NCBI GenBank assembly: GCA_000934665.2
Contig: KZ538148.1
Coordinates: 1 to 64,000 of the forward strand
Source: Catajapyx aquilonaris
Taxonomy: Eukaryota
Direction: 5' to 3'
DNA length: 64,000 nt
The position numbers and the translations under genes were made by a program. This document shows, in pieces, positions 25,101 through 38,700 of the stretch. Each line of letters starts with the position of its first letter. The stretch's first letter is position 1. Under the pieces are notes generated by a model. The model saw only the letters and a list, made by a program, of their open reading frames with translations. It had not been told where the DNA came from and made no database searches.

Positions 25101-28100
25101 GGAGATCTAATAAAAATGATGGTTTCCGCCTTCTTTGTGAATCTTGCGCAGACCTTTTTTTATCCGGGGAACCTGGACGGGTTCTAAATAAAATAGTCCG
25201 CGCTGGCGGGGAAGGAAAAAATAAATATTGGTTTTAGCGGAGGGAAGGTTTTGATATTAAGTTTGGGCGCTGTATGTGGAAAGTTCAGTGCAGTGGAGAG
25301 TGAAAATTTTATAGCTACTGTATATACTAGTCTAGTTGAGCGCCAGCAGCCGGACGCTGTTACCCAGCCGACCTGCGCTAAACCATCGAAACACAATAAT
25401 TAAAGGGATTGATGCATTTAATTACTACGGTGTATGACGGGACAAAGTTGCCTAATTACCCCTCCCGTGTCTTTAATTATGGAGTACAGTAGGGGTTGGG
25501 GGCGGGATGGAGGGTGGGGAAAACAGTCATGTGAGCCCAACGCTGAGCGGGCCCTGCTGTGCGCGTTCTTTGAGGTATAGTCGCTCTGGAAACTGCACCA
25601 GTACACTAGAACGAAGAATTGAGAGATTAATTTTGGAGGAATTTCTCCAGATGGACACCAAGCGTTGGCAGCTGGTGCCGAGTTTCCAGCTGGAATTCAA
25701 ATTAGAGGCGATCCCTCCCTCCCTCCCACGCTCCCACCACCCCCATACCCCCCCCCTCTCCCTCGGAAACTATCTCTCAGGGAGCGCAAGCGACTTCATC
25801 CCAACAAGGACGGCAACAAATCCAATGTCTGCATAATGGTAGCCCGCCTGTAATGGGAATGGGAGAGTGCGAGTGGAGCCGTATGTTTCATTATGCAAGG
25901 CGGACATGAAGTGGCATTTGCGCCCGATGCAGGGGGATCAGAAAGAACCATTCATTTACGTCACAAGGCCATCCTGCGTGCGGATTGTAGCTCTGACCCC
26001 CCTTTTAAAACCGCAATGAAATTCAAAACCGCATTGGCGAGCGACCAGAAAGCAGTAAACATGGGTTCCCCTCATGGATCTCGAGCCGGCCGGCCGTTAC
26101 TCCGTTTCGGGGCTTCTTTCGGTACTCGCATATGTGAAGGGTGGGCGGGTGGGGGAGGGGGGAAAAACTGCAGGGTTGCATATTTTTTTTGAACCATCGG
26201 AGGACCCCCCAGTCCCTCCATTGCGAGGTTGTTCCCGTAATTAAAAAGGGGGGAGTGGGCGGGGAATTTTCAACCACAAAGCTGCACACCCTGCCAAAAA
26301 TAATGCACACGCTTTTTTGGACACTGCCAATGGCTTGCTGGGAATTTTCAGAGCACACTTTAACAGTCGCTTGCGCGCCTTCCTTTTTAAATACAGTATT
26401 ATGCAGATGTGGGTGCGACAGAGCGCACAGTTCAGACATTTGGGGGGACCACACATGCTTGCGCTGCTTTGCTTGGCCGCAGAAACACGTGTAACGAACT
26501 TTTGAACGAGGCGAAAACAATTTTACGTGCCCTAAATGTGCCTTTAATTTCCTTCCTGAATGACGGGAAATGTCAAGGAACAAATTGGCAGTATATGAGT
26601 CTGGAAACGTGTGCCATGGAGGCCTGATGCCGGAAAGGATAACTTGTCAGATGCATCAGTCCAAGTTAAATAGTTTTTGTAAACTTGGTTTACGAGTGCT
26701 GCTAACAGTTCCTCTTGTAACTAGTGAAATCAGATTAGAGCAAATCAAATTGTTTCCCAAGCTCTCTCACTTCGCTACGGTTGACTTGAAGATAACCGTT
26801 TCACTTCAAAGGAGCTGCAGTGCCCGTTTCTTCATTTTCCCTCTTTGGCAAAGTTTCGTCGACTTGGGTCCCTCCATCAATTGCAGATGCTGTGTAAATG
26901 TTGCAGGACCTTTCCAGCAGCCCTTGCGATAACGCCTTCAGGTCAACTTGAGGAGCATCCCCAAAGTTTGGTATTCTTGGAAGATCTTGCTACTCACGTT
27001 CCAAGCAGCTCCCAAGCGCAAAAGTAAATTACCCGGACTCGTTTCCAGTGTGCTTCCTTCCCTGAAGCCCCAGGATGTTATACAGCAACTCCTTTTGTCT
27101 TGCAAGCCCAGGTCCTGTAATTCAATTTTAGCTTATTGACGTCTTTGGGAGCACGTGACCTTTCTTCCTGATCCAAATCATCATCAGCATACTTCCTCCC
27201 CTTTCTTTTGATCCGCTCCTGCCTAATGACGTATGCCAAGTCTGGAAACGTGGAGCGCATATTTAAGTACATAACTGGATGGGGGGGGGGGGGGGGGNGG
27301 GGAGAGACTTTTTGCGCCCTTTCACCTCCGCAGACGGTAGTTAGGGGCCGGCCTTGGAGGTGAGTTTTGTCCTCTCCCGGATCCCATCTGGAACGCTCTC
27401 TGGCGTTGGGAACACTCGGTGCCCTTCCAGCTGCATCATGGGGATAATTGTGTTACTGGGAATTGTAATTCTGGGGCTGGGCGAGGTCCCCTTTTAGGAG
27501 GACGTGCCTAGGAGGAAACCTCTTACTTCGATTGCCGGCGGGGGCTCTTACCTTTGCCAGTGTAATAATGGGGCCACTATTCTGCCGGAGAGGCTAGAGG
27601 AAATGGTCGCTTCATCGTTACATGGAGCTATGATCATCCAGTTAAATTATGCAAGCATTTTTCGATGCTTATGCATAGAACGCGGCGGAAATTACTAAAA
27701 AAGCGACGGACAGAGCGTAAGCTTTTAAGCGGCCCTTTGTTGGGTTTGTCAAGGGTGCTTGTTATGCCGGCCCAGTTGACTCATCACGGTTTTACGTGCC
27801 AGGAGACATCTGGCATATGCATTATAAGTGGAGAGCTGAAAGATACAGCATTTGGAGGAGGGGGACATTCGCAGATGAGCCTGCCATTACTATTTTAACA
27901 GGCTGCGTTTTTAGCTGTTGGGCATTCATTTACGCGCGCGTAATTTTGAAAGGTTCAGTACCTTGTTGGTGTAGCTTATTAGTGACAACATATCGTTCTA
28001 TAAAAAGCGTGCCTGGTGCACGTTTGGCTAAGGAAAAGTAGAACGTGGTAGACCTAGTCGCCTGGGAGCTTGGAAGCCGTTGGGGGGGGGGGGGGGNNNN

Positions 28101-31100
28101 NNNNGGGCCTTTCTGTCACAGCAGAGTAATAGTAGGAAAAGGCGAAAAGCCCATATCAGAGTGTGGGTGCGGTTGAAAGGCGGAAGTGCAGGGATGGTAT
28201 CGAACCTCTTTTTCCTTCAACTTCCAAAATCCATCCTCCTCCTCCTCCTTCCTTTTTTCTTCTCCTTCTCCCACCAGCCTTCTTGGGCCGCGCATCTCGT
28301 ATGAATGGCGGGACTCCGTCGACGTGGCAGCGGGTGATTGATCGGGACGGGCACATGATTGATGGCACGGTAATTGGCGAAATGGGGAGGGGGTTTTGCT
28401 GGCGTTTAGCCTACCAAGTGACGGAGAATGGAAATTTGTGGTGTGAACGTGAGGGGGAAAAAAGGTCCGGTGGCAATTTTTTTATGTAGTTTGAGGGCGG
28501 GTAGCGGGCTAGCCTGCCATTGTGCATTGTTTGCTTCTGCAGAGGCTTGAGGATGACACTGTTTTTGTGAAGGAGGAAAAAGGCGAGTGCCAGTGCAGCA
28601 CGTTTGCAAAATGAAGCGTGGCTTGGATGTCACTTAGAGTAAGGGACGAGTCCCAAATAAAAACATGGGTATAAGGCAAACCTTGACGTAAGTATGGGCT
28701 TTTACGATATGAAAATTCCATGCCAAGGGAAGCTTTGAACGTTTTATGTGCAGGCTGTTGTGGGCTGGTGGGAGAAGGGGGTGAGGGGAGGAGAGAAAGT
28801 TGGTCGCAATTTTGCTTGCGGTGAAATTGTGTGCCCACAACGTAAATATTGTTGCATGTCACATGCGCAGTTATCGCGGACGATTTTGCTCCCGTATTTA
28901 CTGGAATTGGAGCCACATTGTTGTTGCTGTGTAAAATCCGGTTATAAAATGAGGATATCGCTATGATTTTGCTGTTTATAAACAATCCGGCGGTGGGCCC
29001 GATGGGGATTATTCAAGCCAGATGACGAGAAATAAAGTGTGGGCGTAATTATGCCACGCGTGTCACAAACTCAAGCCCTGTTGCCAAATTCGGCGGCAAC
29101 AAAAACCGCCAAAAATGAGCCCGCGGCTCTCCCATCTCTGTCGAATCTCCCAAATCCATCAATCTACAAATTCCATGTATATGGACTGCGCCATACCGTT
29201 CGCTAATGAATCATGCAGGAGGGCAAGCGAGGGAACTCATTTTCCAGGAGAGAGTTTGGAGCTGCCATCCGCCGCACCGCACCGCCCGCCCGCCCCATAA
29301 CCCCGGTGGCCGCTGCAGGGCTGATATGTGCTTTTTTTGTGAGGTGGGAAGCCGTGTCCATATTTCAATTTTGCCCCCAGCATTGTTTGCTCACGCACTG
29401 TAGACCAACCGCACAAGGGAACTTCCTGAATGATTGTCGGCTGACCTAGAGGAAGCATTCATTATATTAGGGAGATTTGGCTTCCACTGCGCATCCAAGG
29501 TCATTACGGAGCCAATCATCGGTCGGAATTGCTTCCGCAGGCCAATCCAGCCACTCTTAAGAGGGGATGCGCAGGAACCACCTTGTGCTTGCCTTCTGGG
29601 AGGTGGTGTTGGGAAGGACGGGAGCAGAGATAACGTCGGGGTTGTGTGCATGGGCCGTCGTTGGAAACTCGCCAGAGAAATTGGGTGGGCGCTTTTAAAG
29701 GCTCGGCCAAGGGCTTGTTTGAGGGTTTATCCGGATGATGATCCGGAGAAACGAGGAAAGGAAAGGCTCCCATAGTGATTGGCTTCATGGACTTTCGAGT
29801 GGGGAGAAATGTGGGTCTCACAACCACTTTCGAGAGGAAATCGGCAGGTAGTTTTTACATGGATCTGCACACTTTTCAGTCAGAATTCAAATGCTGTGTG
29901 CAAGCCCAAGAGCAAAACCGGTAATAAGACTTAAGCCTCCTAGGAATTCAGAGGGAGTAGATATTTTCATCAGAAAGGTTCGGGGAAGGGCCGGTGGATT
30001 GCGAGTTCCTTGAGAGCGAAGCAGGAGCGAGAAAACGAGAGAAGTGAATCAAGCAACGGCCGGGGCCTCCAAAGTCGGTTTATTTTGGTCCACGGAGCCA
30101 ACGCCTTGATTGAACTGGTTTACTTTCGGGTGGAATTCGGCGTTGGGGTAACTTCCGCGCGGGCCAGAGCGGAAACTTGGCTTGTTTTTAATGCTGTCAG
30201 TGGCTGGAAAAACAAAAGTCTGTTGCCGGAAATTAATCAGCCGTTGCGAAAATATTGGCGTGAGGGCCTTTTTTCTTCGTGAGAGAAAGATGGAGCTGCT
30301 ATGCCTTCGGGCTCGAGACTACGTTTCACATGAGCGTAAGACAAAAGCGTCTTTGCTACTCTACAGTTTGCAAGACTAGTGCCTTATATGCGAATTCATG
30401 TGCCCGCGCGAGTGTTTGCTAGAAGCTCTGACCAGATGCCTGGGCCGGCTGATTCTTTGCCACCGATCCGGCTGTATCCGCAGAGCTGGACTTTTGAGTT
30501 TGCTTGAAGAGGCAACCAAAAAGTTGGTCCTATCACGGCAGTCTGGAGCGGCCGAATTGGGGTTAGAAGTTGACACAGGGATCAGCTTTCGGCGGCCAGT
30601 CGAGACAGACGAGGTGGAAGGCTCTTTGGCACGAACCCAGAAAAAGCCCAGATCCCTTCGCTGGTCGGAGATCAGTCGAAAGCGTCCGAGAAGGGCCTCA
30701 GAGCTTTTCCCATGGCCGTCTCATGGGAACCGCAGAAGCGATTTAAACCGGGCGAATATTCCCCAGGATGCCAGCTTTTCCGAGAGGGCCTCTGCTGCTT
30801 CCAATAATTAAGCTGACCCGGCCGGCATCTGCCCTGAAGCCTGTGCGCTGCGGGCTGTATATATACAGTAGGTGGGAGCATTCGGAAATCACTCGCAACA
30901 TGTGCAATGATGGCTGCCATAACGAGAAAGCCGGTTTTGTTTGGCTCGAATGGAACGACTGTGTATTGATGATTCCCTAACGTTATGCTACTAAAGGTGA
31001 ACTCTTTTTTTCCCGCGGTTTTGTGGGCACAACGTCCGTTTTGTTAGGAGAGAGGATGCGAGCGAGTTTTTTTTTTTTTTTCGCTCTGAAATGACATGAA

Positions 31101-33765
31101 ATATGCGTGGTTAGCCTACCCCGTTTGTGAGATGGGTTGAATGCGCAACAAAAGCGAGTTCTGTAACGAGAATGTCATCGAGCTCCACCACCATTCAGAA
31201 TGTTGGTGAATGAGTCTAGTTTGGGAAGCGTCATTGGGAGCGTCACGGGGCTTTGACTGTGCCCGAAAGGCAAATCCTGTGGAGGATGTACTGTTTGGCG
31301 GGAAGGTAGCCAGTCAGGCTGGCCATATGGGTGAAAATAGTGGCGGTGGTGCCTAGAAGCTAGCTAGTGTAGAGACGTCGGCGGCGTCAGGAGTGGAGAG
31401 TGTGCACCCCCTTTGATCAGCTGCGTAACCAAGAGGTCGACTGAAGCTTCCAGTTTCAAAGGAATTATCTCCGGCCCCTTTTGCGTGGCCGCTTTGGCGT
31501 TGCCATGCAATAACGCCTAGGATTATGTGTTGGCGAGGTGGCACTTCAGATGAGGATGAAGCTCGGAGAGACATTACATTTTCCCTCCCTTTGCCACCAG
31601 ACGGGCTGGGTCCGTCCACAAACAACGCACGAGAGTGTGTTGGCACCACGACATGGAGCCGGCACTAAATGTAGTCTATTTTTGATGGAAGCCGCCCCGC
31701 GTGCAAAGTATGTGCGTGGCCCGCGCATGGTTTTGTACTAATGGTCAGTAGAAGATTAAAGGAGGCCTTGATGGTAGGGTTGATGCACTGGGAAATGAGA
31801 TTCTAGTTGAGAGCTGCGGATTGACGTCAATGGGAGCTGGAAAATCACGCAACGTTCCTCTTGAATGAGTTATAGGCCTGGGCCTGCTGTGATCTGGTTA
31901 ATGTGAAAGCACAGATTGTCTACTTTGGCAGGGTGTGGGATTATGCACAAGATGAACCTAATACGATATTGATTTATCGAGATTGCGGGCCGCCCTATCA
32001 AGTGACCTGGTTCACGTGAGATTTTCAGATTAGCTGCATAATGCATGTTGATTATACGCTACTCCTTCCTGAGTGAAAGGTTTCAAATCACTTGGAAGAT
32101 TTGTGGCGCTGGCTGACAGTGACCCGCAGGGAAATTATTCTGTAAGAGCCTTCCGAGTGTAACTGTGCAAAGAGCTCATTGCATGCGAAAGGGGCGGTCT
32201 GAGGGCCTGGGTTTTGTTACATGTGAAAGAATCTGGTGACTTGAAACCTGACGTTCCGACGATAAGGTTCACTCTCATTTAATGCGGTTGGAGCAAGGTT
32301 AATGACCGGCCTGCCTTTACTAAGAGGCATTTTTACGTCTGCAAGATTTGAAAGAAGCACGCAAAGGTTATGGGCGTAATTAGGAGCAGATAGGGCTCTG
32401 CAAGTAATTTAGGGAAGAGGAAGGTCGCTTTCTCTTTTACCATTCGGAGCGTATGGTGCAGGGAACCGTCCAAATGTGTACTTTGTGGAATGTTCGTTTG
32501 CCCTTAAGCTTGTAACTTATCCGGAATAGCCGCTGGAATTTCAACGCTCGCGCGTCAAAATTAAAACCGCATTAATTGGAATAGTAGTACACGTGGCAAC
32601 TATGTTAACTACGGCGGAAGGTCCTGGACCAAAAGCATATACACGCAGCAACTAATGAATTCCTGGGCATTGACAAATTTATTGTATTGCCTTAATCCGG
32701 CGGTAGTGGAGGCCGAGATGGAATCATAGAGCGTAACTGGCGCAGGAATGGCCGGAATGCTTATGTTGACCGAGTTGCATCGATGAAGAAGATTGGGGNG
32801 GGGCATCTTTCCGACAACCACCGGGCTGTCGCTTCTCGTTTGTGCCAAACTTTTTATTAAGCAGAGCCCCGTTTGGAGATTAAAGGAGCAAGCAGGGCCC
32901 TCTGGAGCGGGATTAATCTGAGTCGACGGGCGTCATTCAGGGTCGGCAGCCTGGAACTGCACATGGAGGAAGAGCAGATGAGGCTGCTGATTAGCGAACG
33001 CTCCCCTAGCCTAGCTGAAGCTCTACCTCTCGGAAATGAACGTCGTCACCTGCCACTGCTCGCAACACAGCACTAGTATACGTCCAGCTCTCCTTTCGGA
33101 CACTGCCGCCTGGCCAGATCCGGTAGGGGTGGTTGGGGAAAGCTGGCTGGGCTGGCTGCCTGGCCGAGGGGGCCAGAAGATGAGGAAACGATTTGGGTCA
33201 TTCTCGCGGGATTTTGGCAGTAATCGAGTGACGATCAAGCACCGAAATGAGAAAAGGGCAATTCATCACAAAAGCGGAAAAGCGGATGAGCTGAGGGTAC
33301 CATCTGGACTTAACTCCCTTTCCGCCCAGAACTTCCCATCCAAATAGTGTGCAGCAGAAAAAAGCGCGTTAGGAGTCAGGCAAGCTCCCCATGGGCCGTG
33401 GCTGTTAATTCGGGCTTCTAAAGGCCCAATCTCATTTCCTGCTCCTCCAAGTCCAGGAAGGATAGCGTAATCGTCTAGCTCACGTGATCGATGGGCTATT
33501 GGGCGGCGGGAACGCGGGCCGTGTTTCTTCGTAAACTGGCTACGATCCCCCCATCCGTCTTGCCCTCTCACTTGGGGAATTAACAGGCCTTCTACTACTC
33601 GGGAAGAAGGAGCAGGGGCAACAGCCCCTTCTCTTTTTCTTATTTTATGACCTACCCTTGTGACCCACTTGAAGACGCCATCTTCTTCTGGAAGAAATCA
33701 GAGACCCCGAAACGCTGATGTTTTATCCCACCACCATGCCCAATCGTAAAACGCTTGTAAAGAGA

Positions 33766-33785
33766 TTCCTTAACTCCAATTTCAC
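33766..33785 (+). promoter_or_regulatory. U12-type branch point TTCCTTAAC (33766-33774) and AC acceptor (33784-33785)
   Basis: Exact match to the U12 branch consensus, with the branch A 12-13 nt upstream of the terminal AC. Confidence 0.95.
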
Positions 33786-33882
33786 GTTCGACAGTGTGGA
33801 ATCTGCCAGGCGAGCCAAGGAGTCGCTGAACGGAGCTGACATCTACTCCGGTTGCTGCACATTGAAGATCGAGTATGCCAAG
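33786..33882 (+). CDS. hnRNPL: hnRNP L internal coding exon: (E)FDSVESARRAKESLNGADIYSGCCTLKIEYAK
   Basis: 97-nt exon containing the hnRNP L signature LNGADIYSGCCTLKIEYAK. It starts after the U12 branch point plus AC, completes the split GA|G Glu codon, and ends at the consensus donor AAG|GTAAGT. Confidence 0.97.
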
Positions 33883-35467
33883 GTAAGTCGCACTTAACCT
33901 TGTATTTAGTAGTGCAGCACCTAGCTGTCACCGGCACTGTTGTGACGATTTGTAATCCTTGGTGGAACGAACGCTGCGAGTCTGCAGCTGCCATCAAATG
34001 GACTGCCAACCCTGCAAGTTAATTAAATGCATTGATGAGGTTAGCTACCGCTTCACTCCCCTCCTAATAAGCGATTATTTTGTTATGTTCAGTAGGGCCT
34101 TCCGTATTCTGGGCGGGGTTTATTTGTTCATTTACAAGTATGACGACCGGATATTAATTTTGGGAATGCAGGGGCTCGACAGCGCGACATTATAAAATTG
34201 CACAACCCGGATCGAACCCCAAAAAATCGCTTGCCGGTAGCCAGGGCAAAAGCAGTTGCATACCGCTGAACAGTACACAAGTTACCCGCTTTCCACAACG
34301 CTAATAAAAGAATATGATGGCCATAAAGGTTAATTAGTGGGGAGTCGACTGTACAAGTGGACACCGTCGTAATTCAGGGCGCCATTAATTGAGCGTCATG
34401 TTGCTTGTCAACTGGCATGCAAATGAATCGCATTCGGCGCACGGTGGGGAAAAATTCTGGCGTTCGTACCAGCGTTCTGCTTTGATGGGTTTGCATTTTC
34501 CCCATATACAGCCTCAGAAGTTGCGCATAAGGATAAATGGATTTTTCCCCATCCCTGATCGATAGAGTTTGCATCTAAATTGAAATTCTGCGTTATTTCT
34601 CCGGATATGGGATGCAGCGTTGTGTTTATCTGAAAGGGGACTGAGTACCTATTTTCCGAGACTCGACATTTACATGATAAACGATTCCAATGTATAATTT
34701 AAGGGGGGGAAATGTATAGGCCCACTGTGCGTCCGAATTTGGTATTGGCAGAAATGAGTTTATTCTGAGGTTTATTTTTTTCCTGGAATATATAGTCTAC
34801 TGTAGATTACCGGGCCTCGCAGGTTGAAGTCGACAGATTTTGGAAAGAGTCGGTGATTGTTTTTTTAAATGGAAATATAATAAAGCTTTATTTCTGTGTG
34901 GAAAAGTGTTATTTAAAATGAGCCCATATTTAAGTGCGCATATTTTACAACCTCTTGTATTGCGTAGAAGTTTTGATTGCATAGAAAATTGACAATTTTG
35001 GTATTTATACAGGTGTAGTCCGTGGAATGAAGCTCCTCGTGGTAGGTGTAGTGCAACTGGACTTGCGCCTTACGCTTTAAATAATTCGTTTTTCAGAAAA
35101 TACTGATGAGATTGAACTTCTGCAATTCTTGCGGAGGTATTTCGTGCTCGAAGCTGAGACACTTCCATGTTTGTAACATGTCATGGGTAATTTATTTATG
35201 CCCAAACAGTAATAATTGTAAACTTATTTCTGAAACCAGAAAAGTGGTTTTACCCTATTATCCGGATATGTATACAAGAGTAATCCGCAGCAGTCTCCAG
35301 CAACTCGTATAGTGTCCGATCATTTGACGGGCTCTCTCTCGTGGCAGTAGGCAAAATTAATGAGAGTTATTTCCGCATGCAGCTAAATTTGCACTTCTCT
35401 CGACTCGGGTATTCACAAAATTTTCAACCCTGGAGATGTTGCCACAGCACAGAGCTAACCCCCCCCC

Positions 35468-35498
<31 letters not shown>

Positions 35499-35782
35499 TA
35501 TAAAGTGCTATCCTTGTGAGGGTCTGGCAAAAATAAAAATTTAAAACTAACCTAACCTAACCTAACCTAACCTACAAAATACACACGAAATTTTGGTGAC
35601 CTATTTTTTCACAGTAAAAAGGAGGTCTTGGTTTGATTTTCCGCCATCCTTGTGAGGACTGTGTACGTTATGAGGGCCTGAAAAAAGTCCTCGTAAGGTT
35701 TTCGGTCCTCACAAGGATAGGAAACTTGCGAAAAATATCCTCACAAGGATAGCAATGTCTGACCACACACACACACACACAC
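35468..35782. mobile_element. ~268-bp inverted-repeat element (35496-35763) between two (CA)n tracts, carrying about five CCTAA repeats
   Basis: Perfect 16-bp inverted repeat TGCTATCCTTGTGAGG (35506-35521) / CCTCACAAGGATAGCA (35739-35754), extra internal copies at 35646 and 35705, CCTAA run 35547-35574, (CA)14 on the left and (CA)9 on the right in the same orientation. Confidence 0.75.
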
Positions 35783-38700
35783 GAGAGAGAAATTACTGGA
35801 CAGCTCTTGCCTGTATATTCGGTGCCCTCATTCTACATTTTACGCCTGGAGGTTATGCCATCCGTGAGACAAGGGTGCGGTTGCATGGAAGTCAGGATGA
35901 ACTTATCACCTCACTCTCGGTTGTTAACAATCGAAGAGAAAAACTGTTATCCTGATCTCAACCAAATCGATAACTGAGGGTCTGTAATCAGCAGGTAATC
36001 GGCTCTAACGACGTTGACGTTAAGGGAGCCGCGTCAGTGAAATTGTCGGCAATATTGGCTCGTAAAAAAGCTGAATTGGCAAGATATACAAGTAATGTCA
36101 CAGAACCGAAAAAAATATAGAAGGTCGAGGTGGAGGTAATTACACCTTATGTGTTTGAGTGCCTGCAACGGTTGGGGCCTTTAATTTTTAACGGAACTGC
36201 GGAACTTATAATTGGGAATTGTGACCCACAGCTTTATCGGGGCACGTGCAGTTGCCCCACATTACGATAACCTATCAGTACGCTCATGACGGGTTTTTAC
36301 GGATTTTGGTAGCAAAATACCACATAACAGTATAGCTAGGTGTGCCAGGGGAAATCATGTGGCCCTGTAATTAGCTTTTTTAACTTGAACTATTGGCAAT
36401 TATTGACTGGTCTGGGAAGCCGAGTGTGTGTGGCACCTGACGCAAGGGACGTGAGTAATAATTCACCGGGCGAGAGACTATAGATGACTCGAGTGGCGTG
36501 TCTTGTCCGCTGGGCACAAGCCCCTAAACAGAAAGTGGTTTGGTTACAAAGCTGTGCGTCACGAGTCGTAACGATGTGTAAATGAACCCTCAAGATGTAG
36601 TCTGGCCCCTAGCTGCAAAGGGTTGCAGCCGGTGCCTCCTCTCGTAGTTTGTTCCGACCGTAATCCAGCCGGCATTTTGTTAGCGTCACCGTCGCCAGCC
36701 CTCCCACACAAAGGGAGCTGGATTCGTAGAGCTAATGTTACCGCAAGAGACCAGCATGTTGCACTTGGGAGTGTAGCAATAGTCTCTCAAATTTTGTTCT
36801 TGTAACTGGAGTTGCGATTAAAAGTGTAAGGAAAGTATGCAGTGGGAACAGGATGGAAGCGCAAACTGTTCATTATATTTTGAGCAACCCATTTAGCTTA
36901 GCAGTTAGAACTTCCATTAGTAGCAGCCGTTCTAAGTGCAGCGACAGGGTCATATTTATATTTCGGTAGTGGATTGAAACCAACAGGCAGTAAATTATTG
37001 AAAAAGTTTGCTTTACACTGTAGCTGCTAGTACGGTCGCAATTAATCGCGTAAAGCAAACCGCTTCAAGTAAAAACATTTTTAAAAGTTTGATGACCTGC
37101 TGATGTGTTACTCGTGTGATGGGCAGTGGCCCGAAATTCACCGACCTCATCTGTTTGAGGCAGTACTTAATTACGGATATTTTGAGGTCATAATTTGCTG
37201 GAAGTTGTTCAAACAGTTGTGTTACCAGTAACGATAAATAGGAAGTTGTGTGTCCCAACTGTCCATATGTGACAACCATGCACACAGTTCACCTTGAGCC
37301 AGGGCAAAGGTCATAGTTCCACCTTTATTACGTGAGCAATATTACCATTTGCTAGTTTCCACTAGCCCTGCAACAGCTGTTAGGACTGAAGAAGCGATTT
37401 GAGGAATATGAGCGAAATGTGAACACTGATGGAATTTAGCTGGAAAAGAGCCTATCTGATTAGATGTCCATGATTTTGATGTTTGTGTTTCCAGGACCAC
37501 CTGTCTTTACAAACGAATTCAGTTCTCCACAGTATGTGCGGAATGCTTTTAACTGTGCAGGGGTTCAAAGCCAGCTGTCTGATGCAAGTATAACCAGTGG
37601 TGTAATATATATAGTAACGGCTTTTAATGTAAAAGCCGCAGAGTACTCGGAAAATTATTTCTTTTGCGAATTTTATGTTGCTGCATTTGAAGTAGGTAAT
37701 TATATTTGTTATGTCTGCCCTTTCTGCATACGAGAGTGGAGCGGCCCTCCATTAGCTATGCATATAAATTTTTAAAATACAGTAATTTATTTCCGAGTGA
37801 AATCACATTGTTTGGCATGAGCATTGACCGGTTGTGCTATAACGCTGCACCTGCTGCAAAGCCAATGCGTTTCTCAGGAAGGTGGAGCCGGGAAAAGATA
37901 ACTTATAGCGTTATAGGGTTCTTCTGAAGAGGGTGAACTTCGCTTGCCCCCTCCTGGCTATAGACAGCCTGTCATGTTCTCACTATAGAATGGTAACTTG
38001 TTTAGCTAACCTAACCGGTGGGAAACGTAAGCAAGCAACCTGCGAATAGTTGGCGACCAACTGCCTGGTTGGTCCACTCATGCGCTACGATGGTTCATGG
38101 GAGAATGCAGAGTCAGGAGGGGAGTGGGATGAGGAAAGTGGGGGAATGGGGTGAATGCACTTCCCTCCTCAGTGAATATGGCGACAGGCGAATATAACGA
38201 GGAACGGGTCGCCGCCAGGAAGAAGGAGAATGAACCATGAACCAACAGGCGCTGCAGAGTCGCACGATGAATCCTTTCTCTACTATATCATTGCCTTCTG
38301 CCGGAAAGTAAGGAAGTGAAATGCCTCGTATGAACAGATCGGCCCATGCCAAATTGCGTCCAACTCTGGCCATGGCCAGTTCCCATCTGAAGTACCGAAA
38401 GGACTTATAATATCGAATTGGATATTCTTATTTCGATGTGCATTAGAGATAGGAAAAGCGGTACCCCCGTACTACTGTCTGAGATTTACAGATTTGTTTT
38501 ACATACTGGGATATTACACCTCGAGGAGCTGAAGGAAGCATGTAATATGAAGGAGGAGATGGACGTTCATTTTGATCTCGTATGCAACCTGCAGGGTCCA
38601 CGCGGGAAGTATATCTCATCTGGTTCAAGTCGTAGCGTCTCTCTTTGAGCTGTGGGAGTTTGCATGTAGTTTCAGGTGGGAAAGTTGGTGGACACATCAC

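Larger units (their letters stand above)
12103..33785 (+). other. hnRNPL: U12-type (minor spliceosome) AT-AC intron, 21,683 nt, phase 2
   Basis: 5' end ATATCCTTT; 3' end TTCCTTAACtccaatttcAC with no polypyrimidine tract. Removal restores the conserved peptide AMVE-FDS exactly. Confidence 0.95.

Noticed and set aside
33602..33645. GC hairpin (AGGGGC-AACA-GCCCCT) followed by a T-rich run, like a rho-independent terminator
   Set aside because: Eukaryotic intron with a short stem; no basis for a terminator call.
35547..35574. (CCTAA)n as an interstitial telomere or chromosome fusion scar
   Set aside because: Only about five units, lying inside a discrete inverted-repeat element.
36873..37285. 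Possible CR1/L2 reverse-transcriptase C-terminal remnant on the minus strand
   Set aside because: Motif resemblance is loose and the segments are in the wrong order.
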